Shown: one piece after another, positions 8,419 to 18,043 of the stretch
How the letters are laid out: each line of letters begins with the position of its first letter
Position numbering within the stretch: the first letter of the stretch is position 1
The notes under the pieces: model-generated
What the model was told of the DNA's origin: nothing
Seen by the model: only the letters and a program-made list of their open reading frames with translations
Databases searched by the model: none
Source of the DNA: Fusobacterium sp.
GTDB lineage: Bacteria; Fusobacteriota; Fusobacteriia; Fusobacteriales; Fusobacteriaceae
Reading direction: 5' to 3'
DNA length: 55,776 bases
Assembly (NCBI GenBank): GCA_019410665.1
Contig: DXSD01000001.1
Span: forward strand, 1-55,776
Made by a program: the position numbers and the translations under genes

Positions 8419-10071
8419 ATGAGACCAATAGCGATAGGAGTATCAGATTTTAGAAATATTATAGCAGGTAATGGTTTTTATGTGGATAAAACAAAATTTA
8501 TAGAAGAGCTAGTAGATGATATGACAGCTGTTCATCTGATAACAAGACCGAGAAGATTTGGAAAGACACTGAATCTGTCAATGCTTAAATATTTCTATGA
8601 TATAGAAGGAAATACTGAAAATAGAAAACTCTTCAATGGGTTATATATATCTAACACTTCAGCAATAAAAGAGCAAGGAAAGTATCCAGTAATATTTTTA
8701 TCCTTTAAAGATGTAAAGGCTGATAGCAGTTTAGAGATGATGGAAAATATAGCAATACTTATGAAAAACCTATATGATAAATTTGAATATATTAGAGTGA
8801 AGTTAAATCAGAGCAACTTAATGGAGTTTGATGAGATTTGGCTAAAGAAAGATAATGCAAATTTAAGAGGTGCTCTTTTAAATCTATGTAGTTATTTAAA
8901 AGAATATTACAATCAAGATGTAATCTTACTAATAGATGAGTATGACACACCAATGGTATCAGCTTATGAGCATGGATATTATGATGAGATCAAAATGTTT
9001 TTTACTACCCTATATGGAAGTGCTTTAAAGGAAAATCCATCTCTAAAGAAGGCAGTACTAACAGGGATAATGAGAATATCTAAGGAGAATATTTTCTCTG
9101 GACTGAATAATATAAAGGTAAATTCAATACTTGATGAAGGATTTGCTGAGTATTTTGGAATAACAGAGGAAGAGGTGGAGGAATCTTTAGTAGAGTATGG
9201 ATTACAAGATAGACTAGCAGAGGTACAGAAGTGGTATAATGGATACAACTTTGGAGGAGTGAGAGTATATAATCCTTTTAGCATAACAAATTTTTTAGAT
9301 AGAAAGAAAATAATGCCTTACTGGGTAAACACTTCCAGTAATAGCTTGATAAATAAAGTACTAAAAGAAGCAAATAACTCAATTTTTAATGAGTTATCAA
9401 AGTTATTTCAAAGGGAGACAATAAGTAAAACAATAGATATATATTCAAATTTTAATGAACTCAGAAGTCCAGCACAAATATGGTATCTATTAACAAATGC
9501 TGGATATCTAACACCAGTAGAGGAGATAGATTTTGGAAAGTATAGTATAAAGATACCAAATGAAGAGGTACACTATTTCTTTGAAAGAGATTTTATAGAT
9601 AAGTTTTTAGGGGATATGGATGAATTTAATAATATACTTAGCTATCTATTAGAGGGAGATTTTGATAACTTTGCCTATGAGTTAGAAAATATTATGTTAA
9701 ATAGTGTAAGTTGTTTTGATTTTAACTCTAACTCAAAGGAGAGCCACTACCATGTATTTATCTTAGGAATGATGTTAGCATTAAGAAGAAAATATCACGT
9801 TCGTTCTAATAAAGAGAGTGGTAGAGGTAGATATGACTTGCTGATAGAACCAAGAGATAAAAGTAAGGATAAGAGTGGATTAATTATAGAGTTTAAGGTA
9901 GCAGAGAATGAAAATGATTTAATAAGAGCAAGTGGGGAAGCTCTACTTCAGATAGAGAATAAGAGATATGATGTGGAGTTAAGAGATAGAGGGATAGAAA
10001 AGATTATTTTAGTAGGAATGTCTTTCTATCAAAGAGAGTTTAAAGTGACAGGAAAAATTTTAGAAAGATAG
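8419..10071 (+). CDS. AAA-ATPase-like protein with C-terminal PD-(D/E)XK nuclease domain
   Basis: YVDKT, RPRRFGKT (Walker A), LIDEYD (Walker B), WYNGY, YNPFS; C-terminal SNKESGRGRYDL...IIEFK...ALLQI. Confidence 0.88.
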   Translation: MRPIAIGVSDFRNIIAGNGFYVDKTKFIEELVDDMTAVHLITRPRRFGKTLNLSMLKYFYDIEGNTENRKLFNGLYISNTSAIKEQGKYPVIFLSFKDVKADSSLEMMENIAILMKNLYDKFEYIRVKLNQSNLMEFDEIWLKKDNANLRGALLNLCSYLKEYYNQDVILLIDEYDTPMVSAYEHGYYDEIKMFFTTLYGSALKENPSLKKAVLTGIMRISKENIFSGLNNIKVNSILDEGFAEYFGITEEEVEESLVEYGLQDRLAEVQKWYNGYNFGGVRVYNPFSITNFLDRKKIMPYWVNTSSNSLINKVLKEANNSIFNELSKLFQRETISKTIDIYSNFNELRSPAQIWYLLTNAGYLTPVEEIDFGKYSIKIPNEEVHYFFERDFIDKFLGDMDEFNNILSYLLEGDFDNFAYELENIMLNSVSCFDFNSNSKESHYHVFILGMMLALRRKYHVRSNKESGRGRYDLLIEPRDKSKDKSGLIIEFKVAENENDLIRASGEALLQIENKRYDVELRDRGIEKIILVGMSFYQREFKVTGKILER

Positions 10072-10101
10072 GGATAAGAGTATCAGATTTAAATTAGTAG
10101 G

Positions 10102-10130
10102 AAGATAGGAAGAGGATTCTTCCTATTTTT
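10102..10130 (+). terminator. Terminator-like hairpin between AAA-nuclease and jetA
   Basis: ATAGGAAGA-GGAT-TCTTCCTAT perfect 9-bp stem, TTTT tail. Confidence 0.65.
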
Positions 10131-10148
10131 CAAATAAGGAGACAAAAA

Positions 10149-11630
10149 ATGAAAAATATAACTGAAACAAATTATTTGAATGTTTCTAAAACTCCCATAT
10201 ATAGAAGAATAATGAGATGTTTTTATGAGGAGAGAGAGAATTTAAAATACAATCTATACAGAGAGGAAATATTTGAAAAAATAAAAGATTACTCAGAGTT
10301 AGGTAATTACAAAGAAGCTAAGGAGTTAGATGATGAGTTAAAATTTTTAGTGGATAATGGAAATCTTACAGCTGTACAATCTCCTAAAAAAGCTCAAACA
10401 TTAGAGGAGTATAGGAATAAGGAGTTTATTTATTCTATGACAGAAACAGCTGTTGTAGTTGAGAGAATGACACTTACTTTAGAAAATTTAGAGTTTCAGA
10501 GTAAGAGTATATCTACAAATTTTCTTACAAGAATTGAATTTGAGTTAGAGAAAGTTCGAGGAGATAATTTTAAAAGTTGGAGTTCTGATGAAGTAAGTGA
10601 ATGGTGGGAGAATTTACAAGATAATTTTAAAAAATTAAATGAGAGCTATCAAGATTATCTACATGAATTTTATGGAGAGAGAGCTCAAAAATTTATGAGA
10701 ACCTTTGAATTTATAGAATATAAAGATAAATTGATGGTAGTATTGAGAGAGTTTATAAGAGAGTTACAGTTAAAAAGAGCTAGATTGAAAAATATCTTAG
10801 ATGAAGTTGAAGAGAGAGTTGAGAGTGAGGTTTTAGAATTAGTTTTGCAAGGAGAGATTTTAAAACAGCAACTGAATATAAACTCATTATATAATAAAGA
10901 TGAGAATCATAATATTAGAATTAGAGAGAACATCTATAAAAAGTGGAGAATTTTAAAGAGATGGTTTGTAATAGGAGAGGGAAAACCTAGTGAATATGAA
11001 AATCTTTTAAAAATTACAGGGGAGATTATAGAAAAAATTGTACAGAATGCTTATTACATAACTCAAAGAAAAAATGTTGGAATAAGTAGGAAAAATTATT
11101 ATAGAGAGTATATTAAGAGATTTTTAAAGTGTGAGAGCTTAGATGAAGCTCATAAATTTTCTGCAGAGATTTTTGGAATTCAAAAGATAAGACATTTTTC
11201 ATTAGGAAAGAAAGTAACTGACAGGGATAGAAGTAGTATCTATGAAGATGAGGCTAAAGAGTATAAATTAGAATCTCATAATAGGACTTATAAACCAAGA
11301 GTAGAAAAAAGTGGATTTGAGGATAGAAGTGAGTTAAAAAGATTACGGAGAGAAAAAGCGTTAGAGAGATTACAAAAAAATAGAAGGTTGAGGTTGAAAT
11401 ATACAAAAGATGGAGTTTTAGACATTTCTAAAATAGATGAAGAGGTAGACGTAGAGTTTAGACTATTTATCCTTAATATGATAAGTACCTCTTCATTAAA
11501 TGGCGGATATGGAAGAACAGAAGATGGGAAAAAGTATAGGGTGACTAAGTTAGATAAAAGGTGTACTTTAAGATGTGAAGATGGAAATCTAGAGATGCCA
11601 ATATATATTTTTAATTTTTTGGAGGAATAG
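10149..11630 (+). CDS. jetA: Wadjet JetA-like kleisin subunit (TIGR02677/DUF2397-like)
   Basis: YRRIMRCF...LVDNGNL...EEYRNKEFIY N-terminus; first gene of coupled four-gene SMC cassette. Confidence 0.75.
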   Translation: MKNITETNYLNVSKTPIYRRIMRCFYEERENLKYNLYREEIFEKIKDYSELGNYKEAKELDDELKFLVDNGNLTAVQSPKKAQTLEEYRNKEFIYSMTETAVVVERMTLTLENLEFQSKSISTNFLTRIEFELEKVRGDNFKSWSSDEVSEWWENLQDNFKKLNESYQDYLHEFYGERAQKFMRTFEFIEYKDKLMVVLREFIRELQLKRARLKNILDEVEERVESEVLELVLQGEILKQQLNINSLYNKDENHNIRIRENIYKKWRILKRWFVIGEGKPSEYENLLKITGEIIEKIVQNAYYITQRKNVGISRKNYYREYIKRFLKCESLDEAHKFSAEIFGIQKIRHFSLGKKVTDRDRSSIYEDEAKEYKLESHNRTYKPRVEKSGFEDRSELKRLRREKALERLQKNRRLRLKYTKDGVLDISKIDEEVDVEFRLFILNMISTSSLNGGYGRTEDGKKYRVTKLDKRCTLRCEDGNLEMPIYIFNFLEE

Positions 11631-12697
11631 TGGAAGAGGTAATAGCATTATTGGAAAATTTATGGATAGATAAGAGTAAAGATAGAGAACTTTATTATAG
11701 GATAAAGAAAAAATATTCAGAGATATCAAAATTTTTTTATGAGAAAGTAGGATGGGAGATAGTAGTAACTGAACAGATGATAAAGTTAGAAAAATTACCA
11801 GCTATCCCAGAAAAATATATGGGGATAGAGAAGTTTCAAGATAAATTAGATTATTGTATTCTATGTGGGCTATTGATATATTTAGAAGATAGAGAGGATG
11901 AGAGACAGTTTGATTTACAGAAATTAGTTGAGGAGTTACCACATATATTGAGGGAAGATCTAGAGATAGATTGGAGTCAACATATACAGAGAAAATCATT
12001 AGTTAGAGTTTTACAATATGCTCAAGATATTGGACTTATAAAAAGGTATGATGGAAGAGTAGAGGATTTTACCAATGATGAGAGAGCTGATGTACTTTAT
12101 GAAAAGACAGATTTGGCACAAAATTTTGCTATAATTAGTGATGGATTTCAAAATAATTTGGAAGATGAGTTGGGAAAGGGAAGAGTAAATAGAGTATATA
12201 GAAAGTTATTGACAACTCCAGCCATATATTGGGAGGAGAACATAGATAGTGACTCAATATATCTTAGAAACCAGAGAGATTCAATAGAGGAAACATTAAA
12301 AAAATTTACAGGGGGAGTACTTGATATAAAAAGAAACTCAGCCTTTTTACTTTTTGAAAAAGAGTTAGGAGAGATGTATCCTAAAAAAAATATGCTAGGA
12401 GAGATAGCTCTTATGATGGCAGGAAAAGTGAGAGAGTTAGTTGAAGAGGGTGAGTTAAAAGTTTTAGAAACAGGAGATTTTATCTTTGTAGAGAGGAAAA
12501 GATTTTTTGAAATTTTAAAAGAGCTTAAAGAGAGTTATGGAATAAATTGGAGTAAAGAGTATAGAGATATGAGTGTAGAAAAAACTTTTGAACAGTTAAT
12601 AGAGTTTATGAGTGAATGGCAACTTTTAAAAGATGAAGAGGATAGAATAAAAATTTATCCAGCCTTGGTAAAGTATGTGGGATATTATAGGAGATAG
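11630..12697 (+). CDS. jetB: Wadjet JetB-like KITE subunit (TIGR02678/DUF2398-like), GTG start
   Basis: Overlaps jetA stop by 1 nt; size, position, RVYRKLL..P and WSKEYR segments typical of the family. Confidence 0.72.
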   Translation: MEEVIALLENLWIDKSKDRELYYRIKKKYSEISKFFYEKVGWEIVVTEQMIKLEKLPAIPEKYMGIEKFQDKLDYCILCGLLIYLEDREDERQFDLQKLVEELPHILREDLEIDWSQHIQRKSLVRVLQYAQDIGLIKRYDGRVEDFTNDERADVLYEKTDLAQNFAIISDGFQNNLEDELGKGRVNRVYRKLLTTPAIYWEENIDSDSIYLRNQRDSIEETLKKFTGGVLDIKRNSAFLLFEKELGEMYPKKNMLGEIALMMAGKVRELVEEGELKVLETGDFIFVERKRFFEILKELKESYGINWSKEYRDMSVEKTFEQLIEFMSEWQLLKDEEDRIKIYPALVKYVGYYRR

Positions 12698-12699
12698 AT

Positions 12700-15600
12700 A
12701 TGAGCAGACGTTGGAAAATGAATAGAATAGGATTTGTAAACTTTTGGTTATATGATGATGAGATTTTTGAATTAGAAGATGGGAAGATATTTTTTAGAGG
12801 GGGAAATGGTTCTGGTAAATCTATAACTACTCAAAGTGTAATAAGCTTTCTTATGGATGGAGATAGAAGTCCAGAGAGATTGGATTCTTTTGGGGGAAGG
12901 GATAGGAAAATGGAGTATTATTTCCTTGGAGATGGAGAGAAGGAAGATGAGACAGGGTATATTTTCTTAGAGTTTAAAAAGGGAGATACAGAGCAGTATA
13001 TTACAATAGGGATAGGACAGAGAGCTAAAAAGGGAAGTAACCTCGAGTTTGCTGGGTTTTGTATAACAGATGGAAAGAGAATAGGAAAAGATATAAAACT
13101 GTATAGAGAGATAGGAGAGAAAAAAGTTCCATTATCATTAAAAAGAGAGTTGCCAAATGTATTAGGGGAGGAAAATAGAGTAGTATATAGTCAAAAAGAG
13201 TATATAGATATGGTAAATAAAAATATATTTGGCTTTGAAAATTTAGAGCAGTATAAAAATTTAATAAGATTTCTTTTGAAGATAAGAGGAGCTAAGCTTT
13301 CAAAGGAAACAAAATTATTGGATATCTATAAGATTTTAAATGATGCTCTTCCTACTTTAACAGATGATGATTTAAGAGTATTGATAGATACAATGGAAAG
13401 AATAAAAGAGATGGAAGAGGAAAATGAGGAGCAAAAAAGAGTCTTAGAAATAGTAAAAAGATTAGAAAAAATTTATGATATCTACAATAAAAACCTACTT
13501 TGGAAAAAATCTCAAAAATTTCTTGAAAAAGAGAAGGAGTATAACTTAGAAAAGAAAACCTTTGAGAAAGAGAGAAAAGAGATAGATAAATATAAAATTG
13601 AGTTAAAAAACAGTGAAGTTGAGATAGAAAAATTTTTAAATAGGTTGGAGAGTATAAGAGAAGAGAAAAAGGTATTGGAAAATAATAATTTAGATAAGGC
13701 AGTGGAAGAGTTACAAGAGAATGAGAGAAAAAAAGTACAGATAGAAGAGGAGATAGAAAGAAAAAAGAGAAGAGAGAGTGAGGAGCAGGAAAAATTAAAA
13801 AGTTATAAGGTAAGGGATAGGAATTTAAGAAGAGATTTAGAGAATAAAAAATATGCTTTGAAAAAAACTTATAAAGAGCTAGAGGATATCAATGAGGTTT
13901 TAATATTTGAAAACTCTCTTGTAAGAGAAGAGATAGTTTTTCAGGATAACTATGAGGAAGTATTTGAAGAGATTATAAGTCTTCTTGATATATATAATGA
14001 AAAGATAGAAAAAGCTTTAGAGATATTAAAAGAGGAAAGAGAGATAACAAAAAGTCTAAATGGGTGTGAAGAGGAGTATGACAGGGTAGCTCAGAAAAAA
14101 GATGAGTTGGAGCAAAGTTATAACATGGCTTTGGATATGGAAGATAGAGAAAAGGATAAACTTGTTGAAAAGTACTTTATTATAAAGGATAGAAATGAGT
14201 TTTTAAAAATAAAAAAAGATGAGTTAGAAAAAATTGTTGAATGTGTAAAAGAGTTTGATATATTGAAATCTCCTAAAAAGATCATGGATATCTTTTATAA
14301 AAATTATACTGAAAAATTAGCTGAATTGGATTTGGAGAAAAGAGAGCTGATCTATAAAAAAGAGGAGAGAGTAAAAGAGGAGGAGAGAATCTCTCAAGAG
14401 ATAGAAAATTTAAAAAATCAACCAGAAGCTATACCCTTGAGAAGTAGAGAAAGAGAGGAGTGTAGAGCAGAATTAGAAAGAGAGGGAATAAAAGCTATTC
14501 CTCTTTATGAAGCTCTAGATTTTGCTGAGAATTTAGAAGAGAGTGAGAAAAAAATATTAGAGGGACAGTTGAAGGAGTTGGGACTAATAGATATATTAGT
14601 TATTCCATATGTTGAACAAGAGAGAGCAAATAGAATAATAGCTAAATATAGTGATACAATTCTTACTCCAAAAAATGAAAATGGTACAAAAAAACTTTTT
14701 GAAAAGTTTAAAATAGAAAATATAGCTGAAGAGTATAGAGAGGTTGTAGAAGATTTTTTAAAAAATATTTCAACTGAGAATACAGATATTGATAGAAAAT
14801 CCATTATCTTAAAGAAAAATGGATATTTTAAGTATGGTGTAACTCAAGGGTATGTATTGCCTAAAGAAGTGGAATTTATAGGAGCTCAAAATAGAAGGGA
14901 TAGAGTTGCCAAAGAGATATTGAGCTTGGAGTCAAAAAGAGAAAAGCTAAATGAAGAGCTAACTGTATACAATTCTCATATTAGAAGTTTTGAAGAACAG
15001 TTAAAAAAATTGGAAGAGGAATACAAAGAGTTACCAAGTTTTGAAGATATAGGAGAGAGTATAAATCTGAGAAAAGAGGCAGAGGAAAAGGTAAAAAGAG
15101 TTGTTGAAGAGTATAGGATAAAGAGTGAAAACCTAGAGAGAATAAGAAGAAAAAAATATGATGTGGAGCAAAAAGTAGCTCAAGCTTGTAGAACACTAAA
15201 TTTCAAAAGAAGCGTAGAGAGTTTTGAAGAGGTAATATTAGCAGCTAAGGAATACTCCAAAAAACTTACAGAGTTAAAATGGATGAGAAAGGAGTATGGT
15301 GGAATAGAGAGTGCAATAGAATCTAATATGCTGGCTATTGATGAGAAAAGTTATATATTAGAGGAGATGCTAGGAGATATAAGAAAGGTTGAAAGAGAAA
15401 AAGAGAAAATATTGGATAGTATAGAGAAAATAGAGGAGTTTTTAAATCTGCCAGAGAATATAGAGTTAGGAGAGAAGTTGAAAAAATTAACTCAAGAGGA
15501 GGAGGAATTACAAAAAAGAATAGAGGGTAGAAAAAGCTTTAAGATTCAAAGAGAGGTTGAGTTAAAACAGATTGTTGAAACATCTCAAAGAAGAGAGGAA

Positions 15601-16710
15601 AGAGTTTTACTATTAGAAGAGATATGCAAGAAAACTAAAGAGTACTTTGAAGAAGAGGAGAGATTAGAATTTGTAAATTTAGAGGAGATAGGAGGAGAAG
15701 AGGATTATCTAAAAGAGGGACCAAATAAAATTTATGAGAGATTGGAAAAGAGATATAGGGAATATAGTGGAACCTTTAAAAATTATAATGGGGAAGTGGA
15801 ATATATTTTTGATGAGGTAGAGGGATTTATAAGAAGAAGGGCAGTTATAAATTTTTTCTATGATGGACAAAAAATATCCTTGTATAAATTTAAAGAGAGG
15901 CTGTCTGAAGATATAAGTATGAGAGAGACAGTATTAGCTGAAAATGATAGAAAATTAATAGAGGATATACTCTCTGGAAATGTTAGCCATAAGATAAATG
16001 TTCAAATCTATGAGACAAAAAAATGGATAGAGAAGACTAGTGAAAATTTACAAAAACTATCTAACTCTATGAGATTAAAATTTGCAATAGAGTGGGTACC
16101 TAAAAAAAGTTCAGATAAAGATGAGCTAAATACTTTAGAGTTACAAAGATTACTTATTAAGGATAGAGAGTTACTGACAGAAGAGGATATGAAAAAACTT
16201 TCTAATCACTTTAGAAATAAATTATCAGTAATTAGAGAGGAGATAAAAGATAGCGGTGGAAATTACTCAGAGGTAATTAAAGAGATGCTAGATTATAGAA
16301 AATGGTTTGATTTTACAATTTTTTTCTATAAGGATGGTGGAGCTAAAAAGGAGTTAAATTCTAGTATCTTTAATAAATTTAGTGGAGGAGAGAGAGCTAT
16401 TGCTATGTATCTTCCACTGCTTACAGCGGCATCAGCACAATATCAAAAGGGAAGAGAGGATTCTCCTAGAATAATAGCCTTAGATGAAGCCTTTGCTGGA
16501 GTGGATGACAAAAATATAGCAAGTGTTTTTGAGTTTATAGAGACACTGGATTTTGATTATATAATGAATTCACAAAATCTATGGGGAACCTATGACACAG
16601 TTAAGAGATTAAAAATAGTTGAATTGATAAAAAATACAGAGGATAATATGATAATTACCAATAACTTTATTTGGGATGGAATAAATAATAAAAAGGAGTT
16701 TATTTTATAG
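12700..16710 (+). CDS. jetC: Wadjet JetC SMC-family ATPase (TIGR02680-like)
   Basis: N-terminal Walker A RGGNGSGKS, long coiled coil, C-terminal FSGGER signature and IIALDEAFAGVD Walker B/D-loop. Confidence 0.85.
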   Translation: MSRRWKMNRIGFVNFWLYDDEIFELEDGKIFFRGGNGSGKSITTQSVISFLMDGDRSPERLDSFGGRDRKMEYYFLGDGEKEDETGYIFLEFKKGDTEQYITIGIGQRAKKGSNLEFAGFCITDGKRIGKDIKLYREIGEKKVPLSLKRELPNVLGEENRVVYSQKEYIDMVNKNIFGFENLEQYKNLIRFLLKIRGAKLSKETKLLDIYKILNDALPTLTDDDLRVLIDTMERIKEMEEENEEQKRVLEIVKRLEKIYDIYNKNLLWKKSQKFLEKEKEYNLEKKTFEKERKEIDKYKIELKNSEVEIEKFLNRLESIREEKKVLENNNLDKAVEELQENERKKVQIEEEIERKKRRESEEQEKLKSYKVRDRNLRRDLENKKYALKKTYKELEDINEVLIFENSLVREEIVFQDNYEEVFEEIISLLDIYNEKIEKALEILKEEREITKSLNGCEEEYDRVAQKKDELEQSYNMALDMEDREKDKLVEKYFIIKDRNEFLKIKKDELEKIVECVKEFDILKSPKKIMDIFYKNYTEKLAELDLEKRELIYKKEERVKEEERISQEIENLKNQPEAIPLRSREREECRAELEREGIKAIPLYEALDFAENLEESEKKILEGQLKELGLIDILVIPYVEQERANRIIAKYSDTILTPKNENGTKKLFEKFKIENIAEEYREVVEDFLKNISTENTDIDRKSIILKKNGYFKYGVTQGYVLPKEVEFIGAQNRRDRVAKEILSLESKREKLNEELTVYNSHIRSFEEQLKKLEEEYKELPSFEDIGESINLRKEAEEKVKRVVEEYRIKSENLERIRRKKYDVEQKVAQACRTLNFKRSVESFEEVILAAKEYSKKLTELKWMRKEYGGIESAIESNMLAIDEKSYILEEMLGDIRKVEREKEKILDSIEKIEEFLNLPENIELGEKLKKLTQEEEELQKRIEGRKSFKIQREVELKQIVETSQRREERVLLLEEICKKTKEYFEEEERLEFVNLEEIGGEEDYLKEGPNKIYERLEKRYREYSGTFKNYNGEVEYIFDEVEGFIRRRAVINFFYDGQKISLYKFKERLSEDISMRETVLAENDRKLIEDILSGNVSHKINVQIYETKKWIEKTSENLQKLSNSMRLKFAIEWVPKKSSDKDELNTLELQRLLIKDRELLTEEDMKKLSNHFRNKLSVIREEIKDSGGNYSEVIKEMLDYRKWFDFTIFFYKDGGAKKELNSSIFNKFSGGERAIAMYLPLLTAASAQYQKGREDSPRIIALDEAFAGVDDKNIASVFEFIETLDFDYIMNSQNLWGTYDTVKRLKIVELIKNTEDNMIITNNFIWDGINNKKEFIL

Positions 16711-17955
16711 ATGAAAGAACATTTGAAGTTTTTTAAAAATTCTAACTATCAAAGAGTGTTTAATGAACTGAGAAAAAAGTGGGAGAGCTATGGAAAGTTT
16801 GGTGGAATAATAAAGTTAGAAAATCTTTCTGAAGGTGAAAAAAAAGCTCTTGGAGGTTTTTTAGGAAAATTTATTGGAGAAAATAGTATTAAGATAAAAT
16901 CTAGTGAATTTGAGGAAGCACTTAAAAAGAGTAAATTTAAAGATATCTCATTAATTCAGTTATTAGAAGATTATTTTGGAAAGGAGTTAGAGAGTAAAAG
17001 AGAAAGAAAAAATAATGAGGAGAATTTAAAAAAAATTAGTTTTAAAAAGGTAAAGCAAATTTTTGAAGAAGCTAATGTAAAAAGTAATAGTGTGGGATAT
17101 CTTTTAGAAAAAATAGAAAAAAGATATAAATATGAACTAGAGGAGATAGTTATTAACTCTTTAAAAGCAATAGAATATTTAGCTGAAAGGAAAGAGAAGA
17201 TAAAACTGGCAATTCTTTCTAGTTATATAACTTCAAATCCACATTATTTTGATAGAGGAAGTATAGCTGGAAATTATCTGTTACAGCTCTTAGCTACATT
17301 AGAAGATATTGAGGTTCCTACTGATAGTGAAGGAGTAATAGAGCTATATTTTAAGTATGGGATAGAGGGAGATACCATATCTAGCTTTACTACTGCTTTT
17401 GGAATTAGGTTGTATATGGAATCAGAGGAACATAAAGCTTATTTTGAATACATAAAAAATGGAGAATCCTATCTGATCTCCTTGAGTAATTTAAGGAATA
17501 TTGTTAGAGCAGAGGGAATAAATAAAAAAATCTTTATAGTAGAAAATCAAATGCTCTTTTCTTACCTATGTGAGATATTTAAAAATGAAAAGATCTCTTT
17601 ACTGTGTACTTCTGGACAATTTAAGACTGCTTCATTGATTCTTATTGATTTGTTGTGTAAGGGCAGTGGTGAAATTTATTACTCTGGTGATTTTGATGGT
17701 GAAGGGCTAGATATGGTACAACGGATTGTAAAAAGAAGTAAAGGTAAGATAAAAATATGGAGATATGGAATAGAAGATTATTTAAAAGCAAAGTCTAATA
17801 AAAAATTAAGTGAGATAAGTTTAAAAAAATTAGAGAAGATAGATGAAAGTAGTTTATTGGAATTAGTAGAAAAAATAAAGCAAGAGGGATATGCAGGATA
17901 TCAAGAAAGAATTCTAGAGGATATAGAAAGTGATATTAGAAATAGTATCAGATAA
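16711..17955 (+). CDS. jetD: Wadjet JetD TOPRIM nuclease (TIGR02679; DUF3323+DUF2399-like)
   Basis: IFIVEN, LLCTSGQ, YYSGDFDGEG, YQE TOPRIM-type motifs; abuts jetC stop. Confidence 0.82.
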   Translation: MKEHLKFFKNSNYQRVFNELRKKWESYGKFGGIIKLENLSEGEKKALGGFLGKFIGENSIKIKSSEFEEALKKSKFKDISLIQLLEDYFGKELESKRERKNNEENLKKISFKKVKQIFEEANVKSNSVGYLLEKIEKRYKYELEEIVINSLKAIEYLAERKEKIKLAILSSYITSNPHYFDRGSIAGNYLLQLLATLEDIEVPTDSEGVIELYFKYGIEGDTISSFTTAFGIRLYMESEEHKAYFEYIKNGESYLISLSNLRNIVRAEGINKKIFIVENQMLFSYLCEIFKNEKISLLCTSGQFKTASLILIDLLCKGSGEIYYSGDFDGEGLDMVQRIVKRSKGKIKIWRYGIEDYLKAKSNKKLSEISLKKLEKIDESSLLELVEKIKQEGYAGYQERILEDIESDIRNSIR

Positions 17956-17984
17956 AATAGTAATTGGATAACTCTAATGGTATA

Positions 17985-18013
17985 TTGAAAAAATGTCATA
18001 AATATGGTAAAAT
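17985..18013 (+). promoter_or_regulatory. Sigma70-type promoter for the dusB-mutS operon
   Basis: TTGAAA-17 nt-TAAAAT with TG extension. Confidence 0.7.
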
Positions 18014-18043
18014 TTTTAGATTGAGATATCTTTTTATTGAGAG

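Noticed and set aside
12700..16710. Housekeeping SMC or SbcC
   Set aside because: No scpA/scpB or sbcD nearby; flanked by JetA/B/D-like genes
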